DNA of 38,582 bases, taken from the IMG/VR virus record IMGVR_UViG_3300029818_000064, positions 1-38,582 of that record; one strand, given 5' to 3'. Each line of letters opens with the position of its first letter. Position 1 is the first letter of the stretch. Under the pieces are notes generated by a model. That model made no database searches, was not told the DNA's origin, and was given only the letters and a program-made list of their open reading frames with translations. Below are positions 19,103 to 28,287 of the stretch, piece by piece. The position numbers were made by a program, and so were the translations under genes. The stretch comes from a virus. Lineage: Duplodnaviria; Caudoviricetes.

Positions 19103-20328
19103 ACATCACCCCCTTTGGGCTGGCTTTTGTACGCAGCTGGATCCACAAACGCATCCAGCCCGTCCCTGTGGTTAAGGTCTTCTAGCGCCCGCACTTCATT
19201 GCGGTCCATCCAGCCAGGCCCGTTGTTGCCACCAATTGCCGCTTTGAAGTATTCAGCCTTGGTTTTCATGTCTACCCGCAGCAGGGCATTATCCGTGAAG
19301 CGCAGGTAATGACCTGAGTCCAGGTCACGCTGACCGAGCAGGTCACGCTGCATGGCCTGTTCGATCATGCGCAGCAAAGGCGACAGGGTGAACGTAAGGT
19401 GGCCAATAGTGATCTGCTCTACACCCGTACCCCATGTTGAGGTCTTGTCACCATGCCCAATCAGCATGGGATTCATGCGCCAGATGCTGCACACCTCTGA
19501 GACCTGGTGCACGCGGGTTTGCAACATCTGCACTTCATCGGCAGACATGGTCAGCTTCACAAAGTCCATGCCCTCCTCAAGCAACATCGGCTTGTGGTGG
19601 TTGGCCAACCCCACGTACTTCTCGGCAAAGCTGTCACGCAGACGGTTATAGGCCGGATCACTCAGGGTCTTGGGATGCTTGAGCAAACCCGTTGAAACAG
19701 CGCCATTGCTGAATACGCGGGCACCGTGCTCAAGCGCCGCCAAAGCCAGCCCGATAGTTTCCGCATGCAGCCTGATAGGCGACGGCGCTGCCAAAAGATC
19801 ACCACCAAAAGCGCGCCAGTGGTGAACCTCCTCCTGCAGCAGCGTGACCGGTGCGCCCCGCAGCGGGGTGTAATAGTAATAAATCTCACCATCTTCACCC
19901 TGGAACGGCAGCACGCGATCCGGGTGCATGGGCACCAACTCATCGACGCCACGCACCTGGCTCACAATTCGGCTGTAACCATTACCACGAAACAACATGT
20001 GGCCAGCCATCATGCGGCGCCACTCAAAAGAGGTTTGCCAGCGGTTAGGCCTATGTTTGATCAGGTTGTACAGCGGGTGATTCTTTGCATACTCAGCGTT
20101 CTTTTTGCCGTCGTCTGAGTTGTCTTGGTAAAGATTGAGCGGAAGCATGGCAATACTGTCTGCCAGATGGCTTACGCAGGCATAAGCCGTGGTCAGCTTC
20201 ATGGCCAGATCCGGGGTAACATTCATCCCAGATGCCGTGCCGCCACCCAGAACGCTGCGCCACATATCCTGCGGCACCACACTTGCGCTACGGCGCTCTG
20301 AGCGCCGCAAGGTATTAAATATCGCCAT
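19099..20328 (-). CDS. Portal protein (HK97 family)
   Basis: AYACVSHLADSIAMLPL, RPNRWQTSFEW, LLEEGMDF and NEVRALEDL motifs. Confidence 0.94.
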   Translation of the reverse strand: MAIFNTLRRSERRSASVVPQDMWRSVLGGGTASGMNVTPDLAMKLTTAYACVSHLADSIAMLPLNLYQDNSDDGKKNAEYAKNHPLYNLIKHRPNRWQTSFEWRRMMAGHMLFRGNGYSRIVSQVRGVDELVPMHPDRVLPFQGEDGEIYYYYTPLRGAPVTLLQEEVHHWRAFGGDLLAAPSPIRLHAETIGLALAALEHGARVFSNGAVSTGLLKHPKTLSDPAYNRLRDSFAEKYVGLANHHKPMLLEEGMDFVKLTMSADEVQMLQTRVHQVSEVCSIWRMNPMLIGHGDKTSTWGTGVEQITIGHLTFTLSPLLRMIEQAMQRDLLGQRDLDSGHYLRFTDNALLRVDMKTKAEYFKAAIGGNNGPGWMDRNEVRALEDLNHRDGLDAFVDPAAYKSQPKGGDV

Positions 20329-20519
20329 CAGGATTGCTCCTCATCCGGCAGGGCTGGCTCATCACGCACACCACCAAGCAGCCAGGCAAAGGCCAGCAGC
20401 AGCAGACCCATGACAATAAAACCTGCCGGGTTGTAAATGAGCCAAGCGCCGTAAGCTAGCAAGGCAGCACCTGCAAGCCCGCCAATATCAGCAACCACAT
20501 CCCGCGCTTTGATCTTCAT
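20328..20519 (-). CDS. Small membrane protein between terminase and portal
   Basis: Two hydrophobic helices; common at this position in HK97-like phages. Confidence 0.6.
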   Translation of the reverse strand: MKIKARDVVADIGGLAGAALLAYGAWLIYNPAGFIVMGLLLLAFAWLLGGVRDEPALPDEEQS

Positions 20520-22267
20520 AGTGAACGGACTCCTCTGGTCTCGTAGACGGAAGGGCCGTCAGTTTCGTCCTCTCGAATGGTCAACCCGGTGGCCATGATG
20601 CCGGCCACAATGCCATCCACACGGCCAGTGGCCTTGTCTTTGGCCACCTTGCGATTACCTGCCGGGTCACTGGTGGTGACCGCGTTCGCAGCGTTCCAGG
20701 TCAGAACCGGGTTACCGTTATGCCTTACCTTCTCGTTTACCAATCGAATCTCAAACTCATCAAGCGCGGGGCTCATGTCCTTGTAGCCCTGACCGAATGG
20801 CAGCAGGGGCGGCAGGCTGCAGCCCTCCTCTTCAATGAGCATCTTCAGGTCTTCAATGCGCCACCGGTCATAGGCGATGCCCTGCAAGTCAAAGAGATCA
20901 GCCAGCTCAACCATCTTGTGAATCACATGCAACTTGTTGATGGCACGGCCCGGTGTTGTCATCAGCCAGCCGGCGTCCTTCCACGCCAGGTAGGGCACGC
21001 GGTCACGCTCAGCCTTTTCGTACAAGCCATCCTCTGGCAACCAGAAAAACGGCAGCAGGCGCCAGTGAGCGTCAGCCTCAGTCGGTTCAAAGACCAGCAC
21101 CAGCGAGGTCAGATCCTGCGTACTGGACAAATCCAGCCCAGCCCAACAGCGACGGCCGCGCAGCAGCTCGGTGTCAATCGGATCTTCTGCCGTATCCCAT
21201 ACGTCACGGCCAATCCATGGGCTGGCCGATTCCACCCACTGGCAGAAGTTCAGGCGCCGCACAGTGGCCACCTTGCTGGGCATGCCCTTGGCTTCTGTCA
21301 CCTGTTCACGCAGGTACTTCAGGCCGGGGATGCCATCAGCCAGACTGGGGTTGGCCTTGTACCAGCAGGCCTCATCCTTGAACGGATCATCAGCCTCATC
21401 CATCGAGCAGATGAAGGCAAAGAAGCTGTCATCAAAGTGGCCGTCATCAGGCCCAGCACCCGCAGCACCAGCACGGCAAACCCGTGTACCGTATTCGTGG
21501 TATTCCCAGCACACGCTGTGCTTGTCGGTCCCGCTGTTGGTGATCATCAGGATCATGGCCTGACGGCGGGACTTGGTACCCGCACGCATCATCCCAACCA
21601 CAGTGCCGTTCTTGTGCTCGTGAATCTCATCAAGCAGCGCAATGTGAGGGCGCGGCCCAGACTGCCCGTCATCAGCGCTCACAGTGCGAAAGAAGCTGCC
21701 CGACTCCAGATGCGCCAGGTTCCACTCACGGCCAGACGCGCCAGACTTCTCAAGTCGGTGCGCAAGCAGCGGCGACTGATCAACCATGGCCACCGCGTCA
21801 CGGAACAGAATCTGCGCCTGATCCTTCTTGGTCGCGGCAGCATAGATCTCCGCGCGCGGCTCACCATCAGAGGTCAACCCATACAGCCCAATGCCAGCAG
21901 CCAGAGGCGACTTGCCAGAGCCCTTGGCCGTCTCAATGTAGGCTGTTCTGAATCGGCGGTACCCGTCCGGCGCTTTCCAACCAAACAGCGACCCGATAAC
22001 AAACGACTGCCAGCCAAGAACCTTGAACGGCTGACCCTCATAGGCGCCCCCGTTGAGCCGCAGCACTTCACGGAAGTAACCAATGGCGTGGCTGGCCGCA
22101 TCAACATCCCACCGCAGGCCACGCTTGGGGCCGTGCTCCAAATCCTGCAGGTGTCGCTTGCAGGCGTTGCGCACATCAGGACCAGCAACAACCAGCCCGG
22201 CAACAACTGCCCGAGCCCAATCAGAACAAGGGTCAGAAGTATTTTTCTGCGACTTCCTTTTGCTCAT
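20516..22267 (-). CDS. terL: Terminase large subunit (start 22267 or 22282)
   Basis: Walker A TAKGSGKS, Walker B LLDEIHE, nuclease motifs GLDLS and RVDG. Confidence 0.95.
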   Translation of the reverse strand: MSKRKSQKNTSDPCSDWARAVVAGLVVAGPDVRNACKRHLQDLEHGPKRGLRWDVDAASHAIGYFREVLRLNGGAYEGQPFKVLGWQSFVIGSLFGWKAPDGYRRFRTAYIETAKGSGKSPLAAGIGLYGLTSDGEPRAEIYAAATKKDQAQILFRDAVAMVDQSPLLAHRLEKSGASGREWNLAHLESGSFFRTVSADDGQSGPRPHIALLDEIHEHKNGTVVGMMRAGTKSRRQAMILMITNSGTDKHSVCWEYHEYGTRVCRAGAAGAGPDDGHFDDSFFAFICSMDEADDPFKDEACWYKANPSLADGIPGLKYLREQVTEAKGMPSKVATVRRLNFCQWVESASPWIGRDVWDTAEDPIDTELLRGRRCWAGLDLSSTQDLTSLVLVFEPTEADAHWRLLPFFWLPEDGLYEKAERDRVPYLAWKDAGWLMTTPGRAINKLHVIHKMVELADLFDLQGIAYDRWRIEDLKMLIEEEGCSLPPLLPFGQGYKDMSPALDEFEIRLVNEKVRHNGNPVLTWNAANAVTTSDPAGNRKVAKDKATGRVDGIVAGIMATGLTIREDETDGPSVYETRGVRSL

Positions 22268-22754
22268 TGGGGAATAGCTCACCTTGTGGGGTAGCGACCT
22301 TCAGGTTGCGCCGCGCCATCGGTGAAAATCCGAATAGCGCGCCAGCCTGGTTCGCGCGTTTTTCAGCGTCATTGCGCAGCTGCCGCCAGATGGATATCTG
22401 CTTTGCGCCGGTAGAGAAGGTCATCACGTCACCGCGATCAGCCTGCTGCGCGTTCACCTGGGCGATACGCTGCGAGAATGTCTTGTAGTCCGCGACCGCC
22501 TCGCAGTATGTGACCAGCGCCATCATGTCCAGGGTGGAGATCAGGCCAAGCGTAATCAGATCCGGCACCACACGATCCCACTCCTCAGCGGCAGCTTGAG
22601 TCAGCCACTCAGGCTGAGGCGGCGCGCCAACCGGCACCGGTGGGTTTTGAATCTCATCATGCAGCGCAGCCAAGCTCTTCTTGCTGCGGTTGCCAGTAAC
22701 CAGATGGACCACCGCAGGTTTTGCGCTGCGCCCAGAGTTAGAATTTCCAGCCAT
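22233..22754 (-). CDS. terS: Terminase small subunit (P27 family)
   Basis: PEWL...AAEEWDRVVP, YCEA and FGFSPMAR motifs. Confidence 0.88.
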   Translation of the reverse strand: MAGNSNSGRSAKPAVVHLVTGNRSKKSLAALHDEIQNPPVPVGAPPQPEWLTQAAAEEWDRVVPDLITLGLISTLDMMALVTYCEAVADYKTFSQRIAQVNAQQADRGDVMTFSTGAKQISIWRQLRNDAEKRANQAGALFGFSPMARRNLKVATPQGELFPNEQKEVAEKYF

Positions 22755-22947
22755 AAATCACCTCAGATTTCACACAGCAACACCCCCGCCACCAATACCC
22801 CCCCTCCCATTTTCCCCGCTCTTACAAACGAGGTTCCCCCCGTCGTTCGAGAGGTTTCGAGGTTTGGACTTTTGGGTGCCCCCACCCTTGCTGGGCTGGG
22901 AGACTGCAGAGCCGTGGCAGCAAGGGATTGCTGTGACTCACGATCAA
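22755..22947. other. Probable cos / packaging region
   Basis: Non-coding interval with C/G runs between HNH and terS, the usual cos position. The exact site was not identified. Confidence 0.35.
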
Positions 22948-23301
22948 TCAGGTTCGGTTCCAATGGTGCGATGCGTTGTGCGGTATGCCATCGAGTGAGC
23001 AGCCTGGTTCACCAGACTTCTCTACTCGCTGCTTGTAACTGTCATGGCAAGGCTTACACAGGCTCTGCCAGTTGGTTCTATCCCAAAAGAGTCGGCGCGC
23101 TGCAGTGATCCTGTCAGGGTCACCAGACTCAATGGCTTGACCAAGGCGGTGAGGCTTGACGTGATCCACGACCGTGGCAGGCACTACCAGCCCAACCTTC
23201 CGACACTCAACACAGAAGGGGTTGGCCTGTAGCCATACGATCCGCGCTTTCTTCCAGCGGTTGTCGTAACCCTTGGCCGCCGAGCTGGTCAGCTTGGTCA
23301 T
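22948..23301 (-). CDS. Packaging-associated HNH endonuclease
   Basis: CVEC, VVDHVKPH and NWQSLCKPCH motifs. Confidence 0.9.
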   Translation of the reverse strand: MTKLTSSAAKGYDNRWKKARIVWLQANPFCVECRKVGLVVPATVVDHVKPHRLGQAIESGDPDRITAARRLFWDRTNWQSLCKPCHDSYKQRVEKSGEPGCSLDGIPHNASHHWNRT

Positions 23302-23687
23302 CAGCCTCTCAACGCCTTGCGTATTTCAGTGATCATGTCAGTCAGGCTCATGGTCTGGCGTTTGTCCGCATACACAAACCACGCCCTGACAAACACCCAG
23401 GCGGGCAATCCGCACACAAAGTGCAGGCCAGCGAGGGCAACCGAACCTTCCCAGACCTCAGCCCAGGCATGCAGCTGCAACCACTGGACAACGAACGCAC
23501 CACCACAGATCGATGCAATGACCGTACAGATCAAAGCCACCACCCATTCACGGGTGCTTTTCGGCTGGGTCATTGCCATAACGACAATGGCCGCGAATGT
23601 TGCGCCGAACAGAAAGCCGGCAATCTTGACCAAGCCTACACCTGCCAGGCCACTGCTAACCGGCTCACTCATGTGCTTCATCCTCAT
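23301..23687 (-). CDS. Putative holin (three TM helices; starts at 23687, 23681 or 23672)
   Basis: First late gene, three hydrophobic segments, basic C-terminus, MRMKHM N-terminus. Confidence 0.6.
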   Translation of the reverse strand: MRMKHMSEPVSSGLAGVGLVKIAGFLFGATFAAIVVMAMTQPKSTREWVVALICTVIASICGGAFVVQWLQLHAWAEVWEGSVALAGLHFVCGLPAWVFVRAWFVYADKRQTMSLTDMITEIRKALRG

Positions 23688-23827
23688 GCTAAGTCCCCGG
23701 CAATCGCCTGTTGTCGGATGGTCATAAATAAAACCCCGCTCACCAGGTGAGCAGGGAAAGGCACCCAGGAGTGCCGGTGAAAGGTGGCGCCGTTCCTTGG
23801 CAGGGTGACCACCCGCCCGGCGCCAGA

Positions 23828-23857
23828 AACAGAAAACCCGGCGCGGTGGCCGGGTTT
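23828..23857 (-). terminator. tR'-like terminator after the late promoter
   Basis: AAACCCGG...CCGGGTTT followed by TCTGTT on the minus strand. Confidence 0.7.
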
Positions 23858-23909
23858 CGGTGTTGATCTTTGGGTGGTCTATTCGGACGCACCTATACAG
23901 CTTGCCTAC

Positions 23910-23938
23910 TTTGTACCCTTCCATTGCAATGGCAGCAA
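23910..23938 (-). promoter_or_regulatory. Candidate late promoter (pR'-like) with palindrome in the spacer
   Basis: TTGCTG-17-TACAAA; the spacer contains the perfect palindrome CCATTGCAATGG (23921-23932). Confidence 0.45.
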
Positions 23939-24037
23939 GTAGGATTTAATGCCATGCGCCAATAACCCATAAACGCACAAACAATAACCCCCAAACACAC
24001 CACAAATAACCCTATTAGCCCGGCTTAACATTGTGTG

Positions 24038-24292
24038 CTGTCCCACTGTCCCGCCAACAGAAAAAGCAGCGGGACAGCGCAACCCACTGATATTTATATA
24101 ATTGACTGACTGTCTAACTATAAATAATAAATTGGGCGCGTAGGGGTGCGCGTGCGCGTGTGAGCGCCTATGCGGGTGTGTGTGTCCATGTGTGCGCTGG
24201 GTGGAAATGGTGGGACAGTAAGACAGAGCCAACAACGGCGCGGCCTTGCGTTGTCCCGCTGGGCAAAACCCCAGTGAGACAAGGCAAGACAG
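24038..24292. repeat. Probable replication origin: iterons, AT-rich core and IHF-like site
   Basis: TGTCCC(A/G)C-type repeats in both orientations (24038, 24046, 24069, 24210, 24251, with degenerate copies at 24219, 24274, 24284). AT-rich stretch at 24089-24132. TATCAGTGGGTTG on the minus strand at 24080-24092. Confidence 0.6.
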
Positions 24293-24312
24293 GGCATGGA
24301 GTGGCTGCATGT

Positions 24313-24687
24313 TCATGCCGCCAGCCTCACACTGAGGGCCTGCCGCACATGCTCATGCGCTGTATCCAGCGCGTTGTAGTACGAACGCACGCACCCGTAA
24401 CCCAGCGCCCGTGCATTGTTTGCATAGGCGCCGGGGTGCAGCAGGTAATGCTCATACACCACCCGCCGCAGATCCTCCCGCAACTGGTTGACCACCAGGT
24501 CAGTCACCGGGAAGTAGGGATCACCCTGGCAGCCTCCCCGCGTGGTGGCCGGTATCACCACGCCCTTGGAATCAATCGCTGCCGCCAGGCTGCACTTCAC
24601 GGCCTGCGGTCCTATGGGCTCACCACGCAGCAACATGCGTTGCGTCTCAGCCCAACTCAACAACAGATCATCGATTGGCTTGATCAA
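24313..24687 (-). CDS. Q-like late antiterminator (PA0613-like)
   Basis: IDDLLLSWA...RRVVYEHY...RSYYNALDTAH motifs; sits upstream of the late promoter and terminator. Confidence 0.7.
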   Translation of the reverse strand: MIKPIDDLLLSWAETQRMLLRGEPIGPQAVKCSLAAAIDSKGVVIPATTRGGCQGDPYFPVTDLVVNQLREDLRRVVYEHYLLHPGAYANNARALGYGCVRSYYNALDTAHEHVRQALSVRLAA

Positions 24688-26918
24688 AACGGATCCTCCT
24701 CTTTGCGGGCTTGCTCAGCGGCGTCAGCAATCTCACCAGCAGCTGCCCACCTGGCCGGCTTCACATAACCCCAAGGGCGAACGCCACTACGGCTAGCAGC
24801 AGGCAGGCGCTTACGCTTCCAGCCCAGCCGCTGCAGGATGTGACCAACCCGCATCTGCTCAGGCTTGCCCCAGTGACCCAGATCCAGCTTGAGCGCATTG
24901 GCAAAGACCTGGTCACCGGTAATGATCTCGTTGCGGTCAGGCTGCTCAAGCCACTCCCTGATGGGGTGTTCCCACACGTCAACCATGTAGCGGGCGTCCT
25001 GCTCCTCGGCAAAGTCTGCCGTCTCATCCCGCTCCACCCACCAGCGTTCGCCAGCTCGGTAGCGGTGCAGCGCCTCAGCCCATAGCTGGTCCCGCATCGA
25101 GCGCAGCAGCTCAATATCCACGTACTTACACAGCACCGGCCAGTAACGCCGGTTGCCGGTAGTGTCCTTCAGGTATTCCTCCTGGTTGGTGGTACCCGCG
25201 AACACACACTGGCGTTGAACATCGACTGTTCTGCGGCCATAGCTTTCACGGTAGGTATCCACATAGGCGCTGAAAAACTGCTTTGCCTTGGTGCTCTCGG
25301 CCTTGTTGAAGCTGTCCAGTTCGCCAAGCTCAATGATCCATTTGCCACGGATGGCCTGATAAGCGTCTTTGTCACCCAGGCTGAATGGTGAATCCATGAA
25401 CCACGGCCCGCCCAGCACTGACAGCGCGGTTGACTTACCCTCACCCTGCCCGCCTTCAAGGATCAGCACACTGTCGGCTTTGCAGCCAGGGTGCATGACC
25501 CGCGCAACAGCACTGATCATCCAGCGCGCGGCCACCTTGACGCTATAGGCGCTCATGTCCACACCCAGACACTGATGCAACCAGAAGTCCAGGCGGCCTT
25601 GCTTATCCCACTCAAGGGCATCCAGGTATTCACGCACCGGGTGCCAGGCATTGTGCGCAGCAGCTACAGCCACCGCCTCAACCACCACCCGCGAGGTAAC
25701 CCGAAGGTTGTACTGCTCAGCCAGCCACATCACCACCATGGAGTCATCCAGATCACTCCACTCGCCAGCCGACCCGCCATAAGGCGGCGTGCGGCGCTTG
25801 ACGATCTTGCTGCTGAACTCATTGAAGGCGATCACCTTGGCCCAGCGCTCGTCATTGGTCAGGATCAGCTGCACGTTGTAGGAATGCACATGCAGGGCGC
25901 CACTGTCAGCGCGCTGCAGGCTATCCTTCCAACCACCGGCAGCAGGCGGGCGAACCACCGCCATCACCTGCCGGCGCACCTCCTCAAGCCCACCATTCAG
26001 GTGCAGGTCGTTGAAGTCGGTTTCTTTATCGCCACGGTCACCCAGCCAAACCGGTTTAACAACCATGCCACCCAGAATGGTCGCGGCTTTGCTGGCCTTC
26101 TCAACACCCGTGTTATAGGGCTCATCATTGGGCAGTTTGGTTTTCCAGTCATCGTCAGCGCAGAAGATCAGCTGCCGACCGGGGAACTGCTCACGCAAAA
26201 CCGTCCCCACTGGCAACAGGTTGCCAGCATCAAAACAGATAGCCACCGCCAAGCCCGTAGCCATGTGCAGGCTGACGCCCGTGGCGTAACCTTCAGCCAC
26301 CAGAATGGCCTCACCTGGTTCAGGGTGCGGACCAACCATGTGAAAGGCGCCCTCTTTGGCCAGGCCGTATGGCCAGTAGGTTTTATCCCTGCCCAGACTC
26401 TCCTGCACCGTGGGGTAGATCACCTGCAGGCCAACGATGTTGCCGCGACCATTGCGCATAGGCACCAACATGGCACCCGACTTGGGGGCATAACGCACAC
26501 CCAGCCCGATGATCTGCTTGCGCTGGAGGTAGGCGCTTTCGCCCTTGGTAGGCAACCGCTCCCACATCCGCGCCGCGCGCTTCGCCGCCCTGCCGGCCGC
26601 CCGCTCTTGGGTCTCAACCTTCTTGGCCTTGGCCTGCTCCATGCGGGCCTTCATCAGCTGCCTGTCTTCATCAGACAGCTTCACACCCTTGGGCTTGATC
26701 TTCTGGGTCTCACCCATGCGCCAGTTGCCGAATGACCCAAAGATGATGGTCTCGCCAGCATCAGTGCGCTCATCATAGGCAATGTACCAGCCGGTTTTAT
26801 CCCGGCCCTTATCGCCCTCAGCCCTTACGCGGGTGAGCTTGCCAAACACCAGGGGCAGATCAACCTGCAGGCCATAATCAGCAAACTGGGCCAGCACATC
26901 GTCTGTCACCTTATCCAT
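24684..26918 (-). CDS. Primase-helicase fusion (Toprim plus VapE-like ATPase)
   Basis: VAEGYATG, CADDD and TDFND (Toprim); LEGGQGEGKST (Walker A), IIELGEL, FAGTTN and DTTGNRRYW (VapE-like). Confidence 0.92.
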   Translation of the reverse strand: MDKVTDDVLAQFADYGLQVDLPLVFGKLTRVRAEGDKGRDKTGWYIAYDERTDAGETIIFGSFGNWRMGETQKIKPKGVKLSDEDRQLMKARMEQAKAKKVETQERAAGRAAKRAARMWERLPTKGESAYLQRKQIIGLGVRYAPKSGAMLVPMRNGRGNIVGLQVIYPTVQESLGRDKTYWPYGLAKEGAFHMVGPHPEPGEAILVAEGYATGVSLHMATGLAVAICFDAGNLLPVGTVLREQFPGRQLIFCADDDWKTKLPNDEPYNTGVEKASKAATILGGMVVKPVWLGDRGDKETDFNDLHLNGGLEEVRRQVMAVVRPPAAGGWKDSLQRADSGALHVHSYNVQLILTNDERWAKVIAFNEFSSKIVKRRTPPYGGSAGEWSDLDDSMVVMWLAEQYNLRVTSRVVVEAVAVAAAHNAWHPVREYLDALEWDKQGRLDFWLHQCLGVDMSAYSVKVAARWMISAVARVMHPGCKADSVLILEGGQGEGKSTALSVLGGPWFMDSPFSLGDKDAYQAIRGKWIIELGELDSFNKAESTKAKQFFSAYVDTYRESYGRRTVDVQRQCVFAGTTNQEEYLKDTTGNRRYWPVLCKYVDIELLRSMRDQLWAEALHRYRAGERWWVERDETADFAEEQDARYMVDVWEHPIREWLEQPDRNEIITGDQVFANALKLDLGHWGKPEQMRVGHILQRLGWKRKRLPAASRSGVRPWGYVKPARWAAAGEIADAAEQARKEEDPF

Positions 26919-27129
26919 GCTGCCGCACCCTCTGCTGATAATCAGACTCACAAGGGGTGCAACGCTTACACCCAGGCGCCGCCAAACGGCGGCCCTCAGG
27001 GATAGGCTCGTCACAGTCAATGCAGATAGTCAAAGAGGGTCCAGCAGGCGGGGTCGGCAGTGAGGCTTTAACCTGAGCCTCAAGCCATTCATCAGCATAA
27101 TCGGTAGCGCGGTCTACGGTATCAGTCAT
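26911..27129 (-). CDS. TraR/DksA C4 zinc-finger protein
   Basis: D..DRA N-terminus and CIDCDEPIPEGRRLAAPGCKRCTPC. Confidence 0.88.
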   Translation of the reverse strand: MTDTVDRATDYADEWLEAQVKASLPTPPAGPSLTICIDCDEPIPEGRRLAAPGCKRCTPCESDYQQRVRQHG

Positions 27130-27652
27130 GGTTACCGTCCTCTGCATCACTAGTCAGCACCCTGGCCAGAGCAATCAGCGCGCCATGGGCTTGCTGTATT
27201 TTCTTCAGGCATACCGCCAACTCATCCCGGTCAATGCGCGAATCATTGGCCAAGCCCTCAGCCACACCCGCCATCAATGCCGACTTTTTCTGCAGCACAT
27301 CACCCACAGCCTGAATCACCGAACCCAGCGTGGCACAGGCCTCACCCTCAGATGGCACCACCCCGCGCAGATCAACCCAGGCAGCATCGCCAAAGGCCTG
27401 CACAACCGAATCCAGAATGCGCGGATCACGGGTAGCCGTAATGATCTCTTCAATGTCTTCAGGGTTGGCTGAATGGGTAGCCTGCGTGGGGCTGACCTTG
27501 TGCTGCAGAGTGGACGCACTGCGCCCGTAGAGGGCGGCAATACCAGCGGTGCCCCCGTGGGGGTAGTCGCGGCAGGCGTGGTACAGGGCCAGATTCAGCG
27601 GCAAAATCTCCCGCTTGGCCCGCTCAAGACAACTCTTTGCTTCTCGGCTCAT
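27122..27652 (-). CDS. CII-like phage regulatory protein
   Basis: DYPHGG..GIAA..GRSASTLQHKVSP HTH; downstream of cro. Confidence 0.75.
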   Translation of the reverse strand: MSREAKSCLERAKREILPLNLALYHACRDYPHGGTAGIAALYGRSASTLQHKVSPTQATHSANPEDIEEIITATRDPRILDSVVQAFGDAAWVDLRGVVPSEGEACATLGSVIQAVGDVLQKKSALMAGVAEGLANDSRIDRDELAVCLKKIQQAHGALIALARVLTSDAEDGNHD

Positions 27653-27917
27653 GGCAGTAACTCCGAAAGTCTGCCAGTGCCACGGGCTCACTGTTTTGCT
27701 ACAGTCAGTCCCGTGAACACTGCGTGGTGGTCACAAGTAGGGCCGCTCTTTGCGGAAAGGCCCTGCACCGGTGGCAGAGCGCTTGCATGCGCCCTACCCC
27801 CAAACGGCCAGTTGCTCTGTGGTGGAGAGACTGGCAAGCCTCGGCATCCGTGCCGAGACGCAACGGCAGGTCAATCTGTGGTGGAGAGACCCGCAAGTCC
27901 TGGCTTACGCCAGGGCG

Positions 27918-27953
27918 AAAGCCCCAGCCCCGGTAACGGGGCTGAGGTCTTTT
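27918..27953 (-). terminator. tR1-like hairpin downstream of cro
   Basis: CAGCCCCG-4 nt loop-CGGGGCTG stem with imperfect extension and short T runs. Confidence 0.55.
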
Positions 27954-27955
27954 AT

Positions 27956-28183
27956 CTAAGCAGCCTGGTCAAGGTCCATGTCTTCCGGCGGAAACACATC
28001 ATCCAGCGTGCACTTCACACCCTGCTCATTCAGCGCAGCAACAATCGCCCGGCACTCAGCAAGGCCCGGCTCACGCCTGTTCGCCTCGTAGTTGCTGATG
28101 CGCCCCTGGGACCAGCCGAGAGAAGCCGCCAGGGCAGTCTGGGTAATGCCAGCCTGGCGGCGCACTTCAGATATTCGGTTCAT
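27956..28183 (-). CDS. cro: Cro-like HTH regulator
   Basis: ITQTALAASLGWSQGRISNYE helix-turn-helix; divergent from CI. Confidence 0.88.
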   Translation of the reverse strand: MNRISEVRRQAGITQTALAASLGWSQGRISNYEANRREPGLAECRAIVAALNEQGVKCTLDDVFPPEDMDLDQAA

Positions 28184-28211
28184 GGCTCAACCTCTAGTCG
28201 TTTCTGGGACA

Positions 28212-28279
28212 AAGCTAACAACGTTTCGTTTTGCTTGCAACACGTTTAGTTGCCAACAAACAAAACAGCACGTGATAAT
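28212..28279. promoter_or_regulatory. oR-like switch: pR (TTGCAA-17-TAGCTT, minus strand), pRM (TTGCCA-18-GATAAT, plus strand, probably leaderless cI mRNA) and operators
   Basis: TAACAACGTTTCGTTTTG at 28216-28233 matches 30016-30033 at 16 of 18 positions. The pRM -10 ends 8 nt before the cI ATG. Confidence 0.65.
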
Positions 28280-28287
28280 TTTAGAAA

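Noticed and set aside
20720-22294. 524-aa plus-strand ORF, and similar long antisense ORFs at 394-1308, 11626-12399, 17100-17948 and 25491-26735
   Set aside because: They are antisense shadows of well-supported genes in GC-rich DNA and show no recognisable motifs.
23688-23924. N-terminal 79-aa extension of the holin ORF
   Set aside because: It spans the candidate late promoter and terminator, and better RBS-linked starts exist at 23687 and 23672.
24146-24185. Alternating GT/GC tracts as a standalone Z-DNA or microsatellite element
   Set aside because: They are short and better explained as part of the origin region.
27705-27959. Short ORFs, or a C4/P4 CI-type antisense RNA, in the cro-cII gap
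   Set aside because: The ORFs lack convincing RBS or motifs, and I could not match the C4 fold by eye. Only the repeated motif is reported.
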